This document shows, piece after piece, positions 10,017-19,042 of a DNA stretch of 64,000 bases. The stretch comes from Chthoniobacterales bacterium (GTDB lineage Bacteria > Verrucomicrobiota > Verrucomicrobiia > Chthoniobacterales > Chthoniobacteraceae). How positions within the stretch are numbered: the first letter of the stretch is position 1; each line of letters starts with the position of its first letter. The position numbers were made by a program, and so were the translations under genes. The notes under the pieces are model-generated. The model made no database searches and had not been told where the DNA came from. It was given only the letters and a program-made list of their open reading frames with translations. The stretch is taken from the NCBI GenBank assembly GCA_038207335.1, contig JBBQZX010000001.1:64001-128000 (forward strand), in the 5' to 3' direction.

Positions 10017-11408
10017 TCAACGCGCGCCGAAGCCGAAAATCACGACGGGGATCGTGCGCAAAAGGATCGCGAAATCGAGCCAGAGCGACCAGCCGTCGAT
10101 GTATTGCAGATCAAGCTGCACCCATTCGTTGAAGCTTTTCACCTTGTTCCGCCCCGCCACCTGCCACAGGCACGTCAGCCCCGGCTTCATGCTGAGACGG
10201 CGTCGCTGCGCAGTCGTCTCGAATTTCTCCACTTCGTAGATCGGCAGCGGACGCGGCCCCACGAGGCTCATCTCGCCTTTCAAGACGTTCAGTAGCTGCG
10301 GCAATTCATCGAGGCTCGTCTTTCGCAAAAAGCGCCCGAGCTTCGTGATCCGCGGATCGTTTTCGATTTTGAAAACCGGCCCGGACATTTGGTTGAAAGC
10401 CGCAAGTTCTGCCTGCTGCATCGCGGCATCGGTGCGCATCGAGCGAAATTTATACATCGTGAAAGGTCGCCCGTTTTTGCCTCCACGCAGTTGGCTGAAA
10501 AAGATCGGCCCCGGCGACGTGATGCGAATCGCAATCGCGACCGCGATGAGAATCGGAGCTGCGAGCACGAGCCCGACGAAAGCTCCCGTGCGGTCGATGA
10601 CGCTCTTCACCATGAGCGCCCACGACAAATCCGGTGTGGTGCGAAAGACGAGCATCGGCCGTGTTCCGAAGACATCGAAGGCCGGACGCGCGATCGACGT
10701 GCGGATGAAATCTGCGATCAGCCACGCCTCCACGCCCTCGGTTTCGCACGCCGCGATTGCGTCCTGCAAATTGTTCAGATGGCTGTGTCCGCCGGCAAAA
10801 ATAACGCGACTCACCGAGTGCCGATGCAGCGCTTCCACGAATTCCGCAAGCGGCTGATTTTCAATATCGAACTCCTCGACGACCTCGAGCTCCATGATCT
10901 GCTCCGCCGTGAAGGTGTGCCGGAGTTGATGCGTGTCGGCCTTTGTGCCGGCGAGGATGATCGATTCGCGGAGGGACTCAGTTTTTGCACGATGGCGCAG
11001 CCGCTGGATGCCGATTCGTTCACGCAGGAGCAGGAGCACCGGCGCGATGAGGAGAAATAGCGGCATCACGGCGCGGCTCGGCACTTGGAGTCGCAGGAAA
11101 TAGGAGCACGCGGCAATGATGAGCCCGAGCCAGAACGCGGCACGCGCGAGTTGCCCGAGAGACTTCGCGAGCGTCTTCTGGAGCGGATGGGTGTAAAAGC
11201 CCTGCAACTCCAGAATGATCGGGCCGAATGGCATAATCACGAAAAGTAGCCACTGAAATTCCGAGAACGGACCGATCGGTTTGTCGAAAATAGTCCAGTC
11301 GCTGCCGAGGTAGCGCAGCGTGTGCGCGAACCAGAACGCGATGACCAGAAGGATGCCATCGACGATCTGCTGGAATTGGAGATTCAGTTCTTGTTTTCGG
11401 CCGAGCAT
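10017..11408 (-). CDS. Polyprenyl-phosphate glycosylphosphotransferase (WcaJ/WbaP-like priming sugar transferase)
   Basis: N-terminal TM helices; KFRSM, DPRITKLGRFLRKTSLDELPQLLNVLKGEMSLVGPRP, KPGLTCLWQV. Confidence 0.93.
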   Translation of the reverse strand: MLGRKQELNLQFQQIVDGILLVIAFWFAHTLRYLGSDWTIFDKPIGPFSEFQWLLFVIMPFGPIILELQGFYTHPLQKTLAKSLGQLARAAFWLGLIIAACSYFLRLQVPSRAVMPLFLLIAPVLLLLRERIGIQRLRHRAKTESLRESIILAGTKADTHQLRHTFTAEQIMELEVVEEFDIENQPLAEFVEALHRHSVSRVIFAGGHSHLNNLQDAIAACETEGVEAWLIADFIRTSIARPAFDVFGTRPMLVFRTTPDLSWALMVKSVIDRTGAFVGLVLAAPILIAVAIAIRITSPGPIFFSQLRGGKNGRPFTMYKFRSMRTDAAMQQAELAAFNQMSGPVFKIENDPRITKLGRFLRKTSLDELPQLLNVLKGEMSLVGPRPLPIYEVEKFETTAQRRRLSMKPGLTCLWQVAGRNKVKSFNEWVQLDLQYIDGWSLWLDFAILLRTIPVVIFGFGAR

Positions 11409-11459
11409 CGGTGTTTTTGCCGTGGGAGAAGCGCGGCAAAGTTACGCGCGTAAAATCAA

Positions 11460-12158
11460 ATGGCTGCGAGCAAATTAACCACAGAACCGCGAATCGCACA
11501 GGTCGTAGGCACGGTCCACTCCCCTGGATCTCTGCGCCGGGCACTGCGTTTGCGCGCGGGCGATGTCGATTTTCTCGAGCTGCGGGTGGATCATTTTGTG
11601 AAAGATCGCCAAGCGCTTTTGGCTGCGATTCCGCGGCTGAAATTCCCGCTGATCGTGACCGCTCGACATCCTGCAGAGGGCGGCGCAAACGGACTTTCGC
11701 TCGCGCAGCGGCGTGCGCTTTTAGCGGAGTTTTTGCCGTTCGCATCGGCGATCGATGTGGAATTACGCACGGTTTTCGGCGTGGAGACGATCCTCGCGAT
11801 GGCGCGTGGACATCGGGTGAAAGTCATCGTTTCGAGCCACCACTTTACCTCAACACCGAGTGCAAAAGCTCTCGCAGCCTTGATCCGAGGGGCGCGTGAT
11901 GCCGGCGCGGACATCGTGAAAATCGCCGCCCTCTCATCAACGATCGTGAGCCTCCAGCGTTTGATCTCCATCTTCGAGCGCCCGCCCGCACTTCCACTCA
12001 GCGTGATGGGCATGGGCGAGTTCGGGAAAATCTCGCGTCTCGTGCTCGCCGATGCGGGCTCGGTCCTGAATTACGGATACCTCGACGAGCCCAACGCGAG
12101 CGGGCAATGGGAGGCAAGAGAACTCAAGAAGCGCCTCGTGGATATCGCAGCGCGATGA
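11460..12158 (+). CDS. aroD: Type I 3-dehydroquinate dehydratase
   Basis: ELRVD, T.R...EGG, IDVE, IVSSH, DIVKIA (Schiff-base Lys), MGEFGKISR, ASGQ. Confidence 0.88.
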   Translation: MAASKLTTEPRIAQVVGTVHSPGSLRRALRLRAGDVDFLELRVDHFVKDRQALLAAIPRLKFPLIVTARHPAEGGANGLSLAQRRALLAEFLPFASAIDVELRTVFGVETILAMARGHRVKVIVSSHHFTSTPSAKALAALIRGARDAGADIVKIAALSSTIVSLQRLISIFERPPALPLSVMGMGEFGKISRLVLADAGSVLNYGYLDEPNASGQWEARELKKRLVDIAAR

Positions 12159-12161
12159 GAT

Positions 12162-12542
12162 CTACGCCGTCTTTGCAAGCGCGGTTTGCGAAAGCACGCG
12201 CATAAGCGCGGTGTAAATCTCGCTTGGACCCATGCCTTTGCTCACATATCCGTTTGCGCCGGCTTTGCGTGCGGTCTGCATCGCCTCTTCGTCGTAGCCG
12301 AGCCCGGTGAACATCACGATGGGCAGGTCCGGGTAGCTGGCGCGGATGATTTTCACGAGTTCGAGGCCGTTGATTTTCGGCATCCCGATGTCGAGGATTA
12401 CTGCCTCGCACGGGTTGAGATCGAGCCACGACTCGACCTTCGTGCTGTCCGTCAGCGACGAAGCGATGTGCCCTTTGTCGCGGAGGAACGTGGTGAGAAA
12501 GCGATTCAGGAGCCGGTTATCGTCAACAACGAGGAAGTTCAT
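12162..12542 (-). CDS. Single-domain response regulator (receiver only)
   Basis: VVDD, ILDIGMP, MFT, GYVSK; start at ATG 12542. Confidence 0.88.
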   Translation of the reverse strand: MNFLVVDDNRLLNRFLTTFLRDKGHIASSLTDSTKVESWLDLNPCEAVILDIGMPKINGLELVKIIRASYPDLPIVMFTGLGYDEEAMQTARKAGANGYVSKGMGPSEIYTALMRVLSQTALAKTA

Positions 12543-12645
12543 GGAATAGGAGCGGTGCGGCGGTTTCGGATGAAAGTTTAGCAGCAGCCATGCCATCCGT
12601 TACCGCTGAGCTTCGGGACTTCGACCGCGGCTGCGTCACCCGCGA

Positions 12646-12846
12646 TTAAAAGAGCGTGTAGATGAACGGCGCAGCGGAGGTGGCTCCGAGGATGAGCAGC
12701 GCTGCGAAAAGGCCGAGGATGACGACAATCGGGATCATCCAGTACTTCTTGTTGTGCTTCAGCATTTCGACGATTTCGCGTCCGAGGCTCGGCGGTTTTT
12801 CGTCGCCGGCTTGCTTGAAGGTTTTCGGTTCGTCGGGCTGGCTCAT
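12646..12846 (-). CDS. SxtK/DUF5989-like 66-aa single-TM protein
   Basis: KKYWMIPIVVILGLFAALLILGATSAAPFIYTLF; the APFIYTLF end is characteristic of SxtK; ATG 12846 lies 8 nt after the sxtJ-like stop. Confidence 0.85.
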   Translation of the reverse strand: MSQPDEPKTFKQAGDEKPPSLGREIVEMLKHNKKYWMIPIVVILGLFAALLILGATSAAPFIYTLF

Positions 12847-12854
12847 GTGGAGAT

Positions 12855-13292
12855 TTAAAATTGGCGGAAATAGCGGGCCGGATCGACCGACTTTTCGGCA
12901 TCGCGCCAATACGTCGGACGCGTGGGATCCCATTTTTTCTGCAGAGGATCGCGGCCGAAGGCGCGCATGAGGACGCCGATGGGCGTGATGACGAGGAAGA
13001 AGAACGCGGCGACGAGAACATTGCTCATCACGATGCCGATGCAACACGCCACGAAAAACCAGAGCAGATAAAACGGCTTCGCCACCGCAGGGAAAATCCA
13101 AAGGGCGACGCCGACGAGGATGCCATACGTGAGGAATTCCGAGAGGTGCGGCTTCGGGGCGATGATGTGCAACCATGCAGCGAGGCGAAGTGCGATTTTG
13201 ATCACCGCAAAGCCGATCGCCATCGTGCGGGCAAAGCTGCGCCGCTCGTTGAGGTTCGGATGCCAGTTGGTGTCGGTGAAGGGGTTGATCAT
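12855..13292 (-). CDS. SxtJ-like membrane protein
   Basis: RSFA, hydrophobic helices, FFLVITPIGVLMRAFGRDPL, TYW, C-terminal RQF; directly follows the carbamoyltransferase. Confidence 0.8.
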   Translation of the reverse strand: MINPFTDTNWHPNLNERRSFARTMAIGFAVIKIALRLAAWLHIIAPKPHLSEFLTYGILVGVALWIFPAVAKPFYLLWFFVACCIGIVMSNVLVAAFFFLVITPIGVLMRAFGRDPLQKKWDPTRPTYWRDAEKSVDPARYFRQF

Positions 13293-13304
13293 TCGTGCGG
13301 CGAT

Positions 13305-15152
13305 TCAGTCCAGCCCGAAGCTCTTCACGTATTTTGATTTCTCGGTGTCGGAGAGTTGCGGCTGCTCGGGCTTGAAGAGGATGCAGTTTTCCAACACGAG
13401 CACGTCCATTTCGCTCGCCATGAAGCAGCGGTAGGCATCCTGCGGGGTGCCGACGATCGGTTCGCCGCGAATGTTGAAGCTCGTGTTGACGATGAGCCCG
13501 CAGCCGGTCTGGCGTTTGAACTCGCGGATGAGGCGGTAGTAGCGGCCGTTGCGACGCTCATCGACGGTCTGGATGCGCGCGGAAAAATCGACGTGCGTGA
13601 TCGCGGGGACGGTGGAGCGGGGGATATTTACGCGTGTGCGGAGATCGGGGTCGCACATGGCTGTGAGCTGGTCGGACGAGAGCGGGAGGCGCTTCGATTC
13701 GCGTACGGACGCGACGAGCAGCATGTAGGGCGACTCGCAGTCGAGATCGAAAAAATCGGGTGCGTCCTCAATGAGGCAACTCGGAGCGAAGGGGCGGAAC
13801 GACTCGCGGTATTTGATCCGCAGATTCATCTGCGACTGCATCGCGGGGCTGCGCGCGTCGCCGATGATGCTGCGGGCACCGAGCGCGCGCGGGCCAAATT
13901 CCATGCGGTCTTGAAACCAGCCGACGACCTTTTCCTCGCGCATCGCATCGACGGTTTTGGTGAGGAGTTCCGCTTCGTCGGCGATGAAGTGGTGTGGGAT
14001 TTTCTCTGCATCGAGGAATGCGCGGATTTCGTCGTTGGAAAATCGCGGGCCGAGCAATGCTCCTTTCAGCGAGTCGTGCGGGTCTGCCTTTCGATCGAGC
14101 CCGAGGAGATGGAATTGCGCAAAGAGCGCGGCTCCGAGCGCGCCGCCTGCGTCTCCCGCGGCTGAGGGAATCCAGATGCGATCGAAGATTTTCTCGCGGA
14201 GCAGGACGCCGTTCGCGACGCAATTCAGTGCGACTCCGCCGGCGAGCACGAGATTGCGTGAGCCGGTGAGCGCGCTGGCGTGTCGCGCCATGCGGAGGAC
14301 GATTTCCTCGGTCACTTTTTGGATCGAAGCGGCGAGGTCCATCTCGCGCTGCGTGATCGCCGATTCGCTGAGGCGAGGTGGGCCGTCGAAGAGCGTGTCC
14401 AACTTCGGACCGGTCATCGTGAGGCCCTGCGCATAGTTGAAAAAGCTCATGTCCATCGCGAACGATCCGTCGTTCTTGAGGTCGATGAGTTTCTCCAAAA
14501 TCACATCGGCGAAGCGCGGTTCGCCATACGGCGCAAGGCCCATAAGTTTGTATTCGCCGCTGTTGACTTTGAACCCGCAGAAATACGTGACCGCGCTGTA
14601 GAGCAGGCCGAGTGAGTGGGGAAATTCGAGCGTTTTGAGCAGCTCAATTTTGCTGCCGCGCCCGTGGCCGATGCTCGCGGTGTCCCACTCGCCGACGCCG
14701 TCCATCGTGAGGATCGCGGCGTCGTCGAAAGGCGACGGATAGAACGCGCTCGCGGCGTGGGATTCGTGATGGAGCGTGAATGCGATGCGTTTTTTGAAGT
14801 CGCCGCCGAGCGATTTTTGGATTTCGCGCGCGAGATGCAGCTTCGTCTTCAGCCACAGCGGGAGGGCCATCATGAACGAGCGCAGGCCCGATGGGGCGTA
14901 GGCGAGATAGGTCTCGAGGAGGCGGTCGAATTTGAGGAGCGGCTTGTCGTAGAAGACGACGTAGTCGAGTTGGTCGGAAGTGATGCCTGCCTCGCGAAGG
15001 CAGTATTTTACAGCGTTCGAGGGGAATGCGTGGTCGTGCTTGATGCGCGTGAAACGCTCCTCCTGTGCGGCGGCGACGATGTCTCCATCGACGATGAGCG
15101 CGGCTGCGCTGTCATGGTAAAAGGCTGAGATGCCGAGGATGCGCGTGCTCAA
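13305..15152 (-). CDS. O-carbamoyltransferase (NodU/CmcH/TobZ/SxtI family)
   Basis: GISAFYHDSAA, EERFTRIKH, HHESHAAS, DGVGE, EYKLMGLAPYG, GGVALNC, EFGPRALG, IKYRESFRPFAP, NTSFN; TTG start overlaps the MBOAT stop (TTGA). Confidence 0.95.
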   Translation of the reverse strand: MSTRILGISAFYHDSAAALIVDGDIVAAAQEERFTRIKHDHAFPSNAVKYCLREAGITSDQLDYVVFYDKPLLKFDRLLETYLAYAPSGLRSFMMALPLWLKTKLHLAREIQKSLGGDFKKRIAFTLHHESHAASAFYPSPFDDAAILTMDGVGEWDTASIGHGRGSKIELLKTLEFPHSLGLLYSAVTYFCGFKVNSGEYKLMGLAPYGEPRFADVILEKLIDLKNDGSFAMDMSFFNYAQGLTMTGPKLDTLFDGPPRLSESAITQREMDLAASIQKVTEEIVLRMARHASALTGSRNLVLAGGVALNCVANGVLLREKIFDRIWIPSAAGDAGGALGAALFAQFHLLGLDRKADPHDSLKGALLGPRFSNDEIRAFLDAEKIPHHFIADEAELLTKTVDAMREEKVVGWFQDRMEFGPRALGARSIIGDARSPAMQSQMNLRIKYRESFRPFAPSCLIEDAPDFFDLDCESPYMLLVASVRESKRLPLSSDQLTAMCDPDLRTRVNIPRSTVPAITHVDFSARIQTVDERRNGRYYRLIREFKRQTGCGLIVNTSFNIRGEPIVGTPQDAYRCFMASEMDVLVLENCILFKPEQPQLSDTEKSKYVKSFGLD

Positions 15153-16591
15153 AACTGGAAATAGACGAAGGGCCGAGCCTGCTGCTGCGGGCCGGTGAGC
15201 GCGAGCGCGAGGAATGCGACGGCGAAGGCGTAGTAGGCGCTCCAGCGGAGCCAGCGCGGCTTGGTGGCGAGGATGTCCCAAACGGGTCGCGCGCGGCCGA
15301 TGGACTCGGCGGCGAAGAGCGCGCAGACGAGGGCGAGGGCGATGAGGAATTCGGCGGAGCTGAGGCCGGGATGGAGGGTGGCGATGGGCGCAGTGAAGTC
15401 GGTGAAGATACGCCGCATGATGAGAGATGCGTCGGCGAGATTCGAGGCGCGGAAGAAAACCCAGGTGAGGGCGATGAGATTGAAGACGAGCGCGATTTTC
15501 AGTGCAGCGGCGAGGGTGGACGGGTGCGGATTTGTGGGACGGATTTTGCGTAAGAGGAGTTGCGCGCTGACGAAGATTCCGTGGAGGAGGCCCCAGACGA
15601 CGAAGGTCCAATTTGCGCCGTGCCAGATACCGCTGAGGAAGAAAACGATGAGGAGATTCACGCAACGGCGGGCGAGCGGGACGCGGCTGCCGCCGAGCGG
15701 GATGAAGACGTAATCGCGGAACCAAGTGGAGAGTGAGATGTGCCAGCGACGCCAGAATTCGCCGACGGACTGCGCTAGATAGGGCCGCCAGAAATTCCGC
15801 ATGAGGTCGATGCCGAGGATGCGCGCGGTGCCGCGGGCGATGTCGGAGTAGCCGGAGAAGTCGCAATAGATCTGGACTGAAAATGCGTAGGTCGCGATGA
15901 GAAGCTGCGCGCCGGAATGCTGTGCTGGAGCGGCATAGACGGCATCGACGAGGATCGCGAGGCGGTCGGCGATGACGACTTTTTTGAAGAGACCGGAGGC
16001 GATGAGTTTCAGGCCGTCGAGGCAGCGGGCGAGGTCGAAGCGGATGAGCCGGATGTTGTGAAATTGCGCGAGAAGATTTTGCGGACGTTCGATGGGGCCG
16101 GCGACGAGCTGGGGGAAAAAGAGGACATAGACGGCGAAGTTGAGGAGCGAGCGCTCGGGCGGAACGCGTCGCCAATAGACCTCGAGCGTGTAGCTCATTG
16201 ACTGAAACGTGTGGAAGGAGAGGCCGATGGGCAGGAGGATCGCGAGGTGCGATAGCGGCGCGGGCTGGCCGAAATGTGCGAAGAGTCCTGAGATATTGTC
16301 CTGAAAGAAATTGAAGTATTTGAAGAAGCCGAGGAGGGAGAGATTTGCAGTCAGACTCGCGGCGAGGATCACGCGACGCCGCGTGCCATTGGCCTTTTCC
16401 AAGAGGAGCCCGGAGGTGAAATCGATGAGGATGACGCCGAATAGGATAAGGATGTAGGCAGGGACGAACGCCATGTAGAAGACACAACTGGCGACGAGCA
16501 GCAGCGGCATCCGGGCGCGGACGGGTAGGAGGAAGAAGAGAAGCGCGACCAGCGGGAAAAAGACCGCGAACTCAAGAGAGTTGAAGAGCAT
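15149..16591 (-). CDS. MBOAT family O-acyltransferase (AlgI/DltB-like) with C-terminal FVYFQF motif
   Basis: MLFNS, LPIGLSFHTFQ, FPQLVAGPIER, QIYCDFSGYSD, FWRRWHISLS, SGIWHGA (catalytic His). Confidence 0.95.
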   Translation of the reverse strand: MLFNSLEFAVFFPLVALLFFLLPVRARMPLLLVASCVFYMAFVPAYILILFGVILIDFTSGLLLEKANGTRRRVILAASLTANLSLLGFFKYFNFFQDNISGLFAHFGQPAPLSHLAILLPIGLSFHTFQSMSYTLEVYWRRVPPERSLLNFAVYVLFFPQLVAGPIERPQNLLAQFHNIRLIRFDLARCLDGLKLIASGLFKKVVIADRLAILVDAVYAAPAQHSGAQLLIATYAFSVQIYCDFSGYSDIARGTARILGIDLMRNFWRPYLAQSVGEFWRRWHISLSTWFRDYVFIPLGGSRVPLARRCVNLLIVFFLSGIWHGANWTFVVWGLLHGIFVSAQLLLRKIRPTNPHPSTLAAALKIALVFNLIALTWVFFRASNLADASLIMRRIFTDFTAPIATLHPGLSSAEFLIALALVCALFAAESIGRARPVWDILATKPRWLRWSAYYAFAVAFLALALTGPQQQARPFVYFQF

Positions 16592-16665
16592 TCAGCGGAG
16601 AAATTAAACCGCGGAGGAACGGCGCCGCCGAGAATACCAGAGGCGTTCAATGCGCACTTTGCTGT

Positions 16666-17700
16666 TCAATGTTTTGTCGTTGCGATTGGAAGGTGGAGGG
16701 GATTTTCGCGGATGAGTTGATTCACGAAAATGTCCGCCATGAGGACGTGTCCGGCGGCGTTTGGGTGTGGGTCGTCGGCTTGGATCCAAAGCGAGGTGAC
16801 GTCGGCTCCGAACTGCTTTTGGAAGGTGGGAAAGGTGTTGGTCGTCGGGATGCCGAGTGCGGTGAAAGCGGTTTCCATTTTCGCGTAGAGGGCGGCGAAT
16901 GGTGAGCCGGGGGCGAGGTCGTGAATGTCGGGGATGATCTGAATTTCAAAGGACACCCCGGCGGCTCGGCAGCTGTCGCGCAACGCAGCGATGTGCTCTC
17001 GCGTGATTTTCCATGCGTCGGAATCGTCGGCGTAGAGCTGGTTGTAGAAGGTGAAGAGGTCGGTTTTTTGCTGCCGGAATTTGAACTGCCCGAAGCGGTC
17101 GTAGCAGAAGGCGGCGAGCAGCGAATGCTTTAGCAGAGGGCTGTCGTGGCCCATCGAGCGCGGCTGCACGTCGCTGATGAAGTAGTGGAGCAGCACCATG
17201 TCCGGTCGGACACGCGGGAATTGATCAAGGAAAAGCTGGTGCTGGAAGACGGTGTTGTAGTTGCCGATCCCGGCGTTCTGGATTTCAAAAGTGACGTCGG
17301 GGCCGAATAGCTTTTCGGTGTTGAGGCGATGCTCGGCGACGGCGGTGAAGACGGAGTCGGCGGAGACGCCCCAGCCCATGGTGATTGAGCTGCCGAGGAC
17401 GAGGATGCGCTCGGTGCCGGGGGGCTTTGGCTCGAGGAGTTCGGGGGCGCGGTTACCGAGGGAGTTGAGCGAAATTTCCACGCCCATGAGCCGCGCGCTG
17501 CTGCCCGGACGATGGACATGGCTGACGATGCCGCGAGGGTCGCGCATTTTCAGCGCCTTCGCGTATTTCACCATCTCGATATTGTAGATGAGCTTGCGCG
17601 CGGTAATGAGGCGGAGCGCGAGTTCGCCGAGCGCGAGGGTGAGGACGGTCGCGGTGAGGATGAAGATGCAGCCGAAGATCAGCTCGCGTTTGCGGGTCAT
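16666..17700 (-). CDS. Membrane-anchored SGNH/GDSL family protein
   Basis: N-terminal TM, NSLGNR, LVLGSSITMG, NAGIGNY, DDPHPNAAGH; start at ATG 17700. Confidence 0.85.
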   Translation of the reverse strand: MTRKRELIFGCIFILTATVLTLALGELALRLITARKLIYNIEMVKYAKALKMRDPRGIVSHVHRPGSSARLMGVEISLNSLGNRAPELLEPKPPGTERILVLGSSITMGWGVSADSVFTAVAEHRLNTEKLFGPDVTFEIQNAGIGNYNTVFQHQLFLDQFPRVRPDMVLLHYFISDVQPRSMGHDSPLLKHSLLAAFCYDRFGQFKFRQQKTDLFTFYNQLYADDSDAWKITREHIAALRDSCRAAGVSFEIQIIPDIHDLAPGSPFAALYAKMETAFTALGIPTTNTFPTFQKQFGADVTSLWIQADDPHPNAAGHVLMADIFVNQLIRENPLHLPIATTKH

Positions 17701-17827
17701 GCGAAAAAGGCGGAAATGGTCGAACTCCCGGGCACTAGGGAGGCGGGAGCGATGTGCGCCGCGCGCCGGGGTGGCGAGGCCCGGAGTTTGCACTTACGAT
17801 TTGCCCGCGAAAGTGAATTCTGCGCGC

Positions 17828-19009
17828 GTGAATTTTTCTCTGAAGGCAAAGCTGGTCGTGGCGCTTTTCGCGACGCTGTTTTGCATCCTCTTTCTAGAAG
17901 CCGCCGTGCGGATGATGTGCCGCCGGGATGTGGATGGGAATGTGTGGGTCCGATCGACGCACCTGAAGCCGTATTGTGTGCCGGTGAGATCGGTGGAGGC
18001 GGTGCTCGAGCAGTATGCGGCGAGACCCGATTCGGCGCTCGAATACGATGCGCAGCTCGGCTGGACACAGCGCCCCGGCGTCGATGTCCACAACGCGCAG
18101 GGGTTCATTTCATCGCAGCCGGAGGTGCCGCTTGTGGCAGCCTCCGGGCGGCTGCGCGTCGCGGTGTTTGGCGGCTCTTTTACGCAGGGGAATTTCCAGA
18201 CGGGCTGGTGGCGGGTGCTGGAGGAAAAATTGCGTGCCGCCGGGGTGGACGCGGAGGTGCTGAACTTCGGCGTGGCCGGTTACGGGATGGATCAGACACT
18301 GCTTCGATGGAGGCTGGACGGGGCGAAGTACTGCCCGGAAATCGTGGTCTTTGGTTTCTGTGCCGCGAATGCACGGGACAATGTGAACCTCGTCCGCGCG
18401 CTGCAGCACGCGGATAGCAGCATTCCTTTTTTAAAGCCACGCTTTTTGCTGGATGGTGAAAATCTGAAGCTGATCGATTCACCGACGCCGCCGCCGGATG
18501 CTGTGGCCGGGCTGCTAGCTCGGCTTTCGGAGTGGCCGTTGATCGGGGACGATTTCTTTTACGACCCGGATGATTTTCGGATGACATTACGGCGGAGAAG
18601 CCGCCTTTACGCCATGGTGGAGGCGAAAGTGGAGGCACTCACGGAGGGACGAGGGAATGCAGAGATTTACGCGCCGGAGGGTGAGCCGATGCGGCTTTCG
18701 GAGGGGATCGTGGATGAGTTTGCGCACCAGGTGGAGGTGGCGGGGAGCCGGTTCGTCGTCCTGAATCTGCCGACGGCGCCTGACCTTTTCGAGTTTCAAA
18801 CGCGGGGGGCATTTTCGTTTGAAAGCCTGTATCGTGCGTTGGAGAAAAAGCACGAAATGGTGCCGACGGAGGGCGCGCTTCTGGACGCTGCCGGGACTCG
18901 GCCACTCCGCGGTTTTTATCATGACGGTCACTACTCGAAGGAGTTCAACGCGGTGATTGGGAGGGTGCTGGCGGATGCGATACGAAGGGGGCGGGAGACT
19001 GGGAAGTGA
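17828..19009 (+). CDS. Membrane-anchored SGNH/GDSL family protein
   Basis: N-terminal TM, LGW, NAQGF, AVFGGSFTQG, NFGVAGYG, DGHYS; start uncertain (GTG 17813 or 17828). Confidence 0.82.
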   Translation: MNFSLKAKLVVALFATLFCILFLEAAVRMMCRRDVDGNVWVRSTHLKPYCVPVRSVEAVLEQYAARPDSALEYDAQLGWTQRPGVDVHNAQGFISSQPEVPLVAASGRLRVAVFGGSFTQGNFQTGWWRVLEEKLRAAGVDAEVLNFGVAGYGMDQTLLRWRLDGAKYCPEIVVFGFCAANARDNVNLVRALQHADSSIPFLKPRFLLDGENLKLIDSPTPPPDAVAGLLARLSEWPLIGDDFFYDPDDFRMTLRRRSRLYAMVEAKVEALTEGRGNAEIYAPEGEPMRLSEGIVDEFAHQVEVAGSRFVVLNLPTAPDLFEFQTRGAFSFESLYRALEKKHEMVPTEGALLDAAGTRPLRGFYHDGHYSKEFNAVIGRVLADAIRRGRETGK

Positions 19010-19042
19010 GAAAGGCACTGTCCACAGCGCGCACGCCTTCGG

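Noticed and set aside
12646..15152. Saxitoxin biosynthesis
   Set aside because: Only sxtI/J/K-like genes are present; no core toxin genes, and the context is polysaccharide synthesis
15153..16487. 1060-aa ORF suggesting a long N-terminal extension or frameshift fusion of the carbamoyltransferase
   Set aside because: The extension is an Arg/Pro-rich off-frame reading of the MBOAT gene; family motifs begin right after TTG 15152 and the MBOAT has its own intact C-terminus
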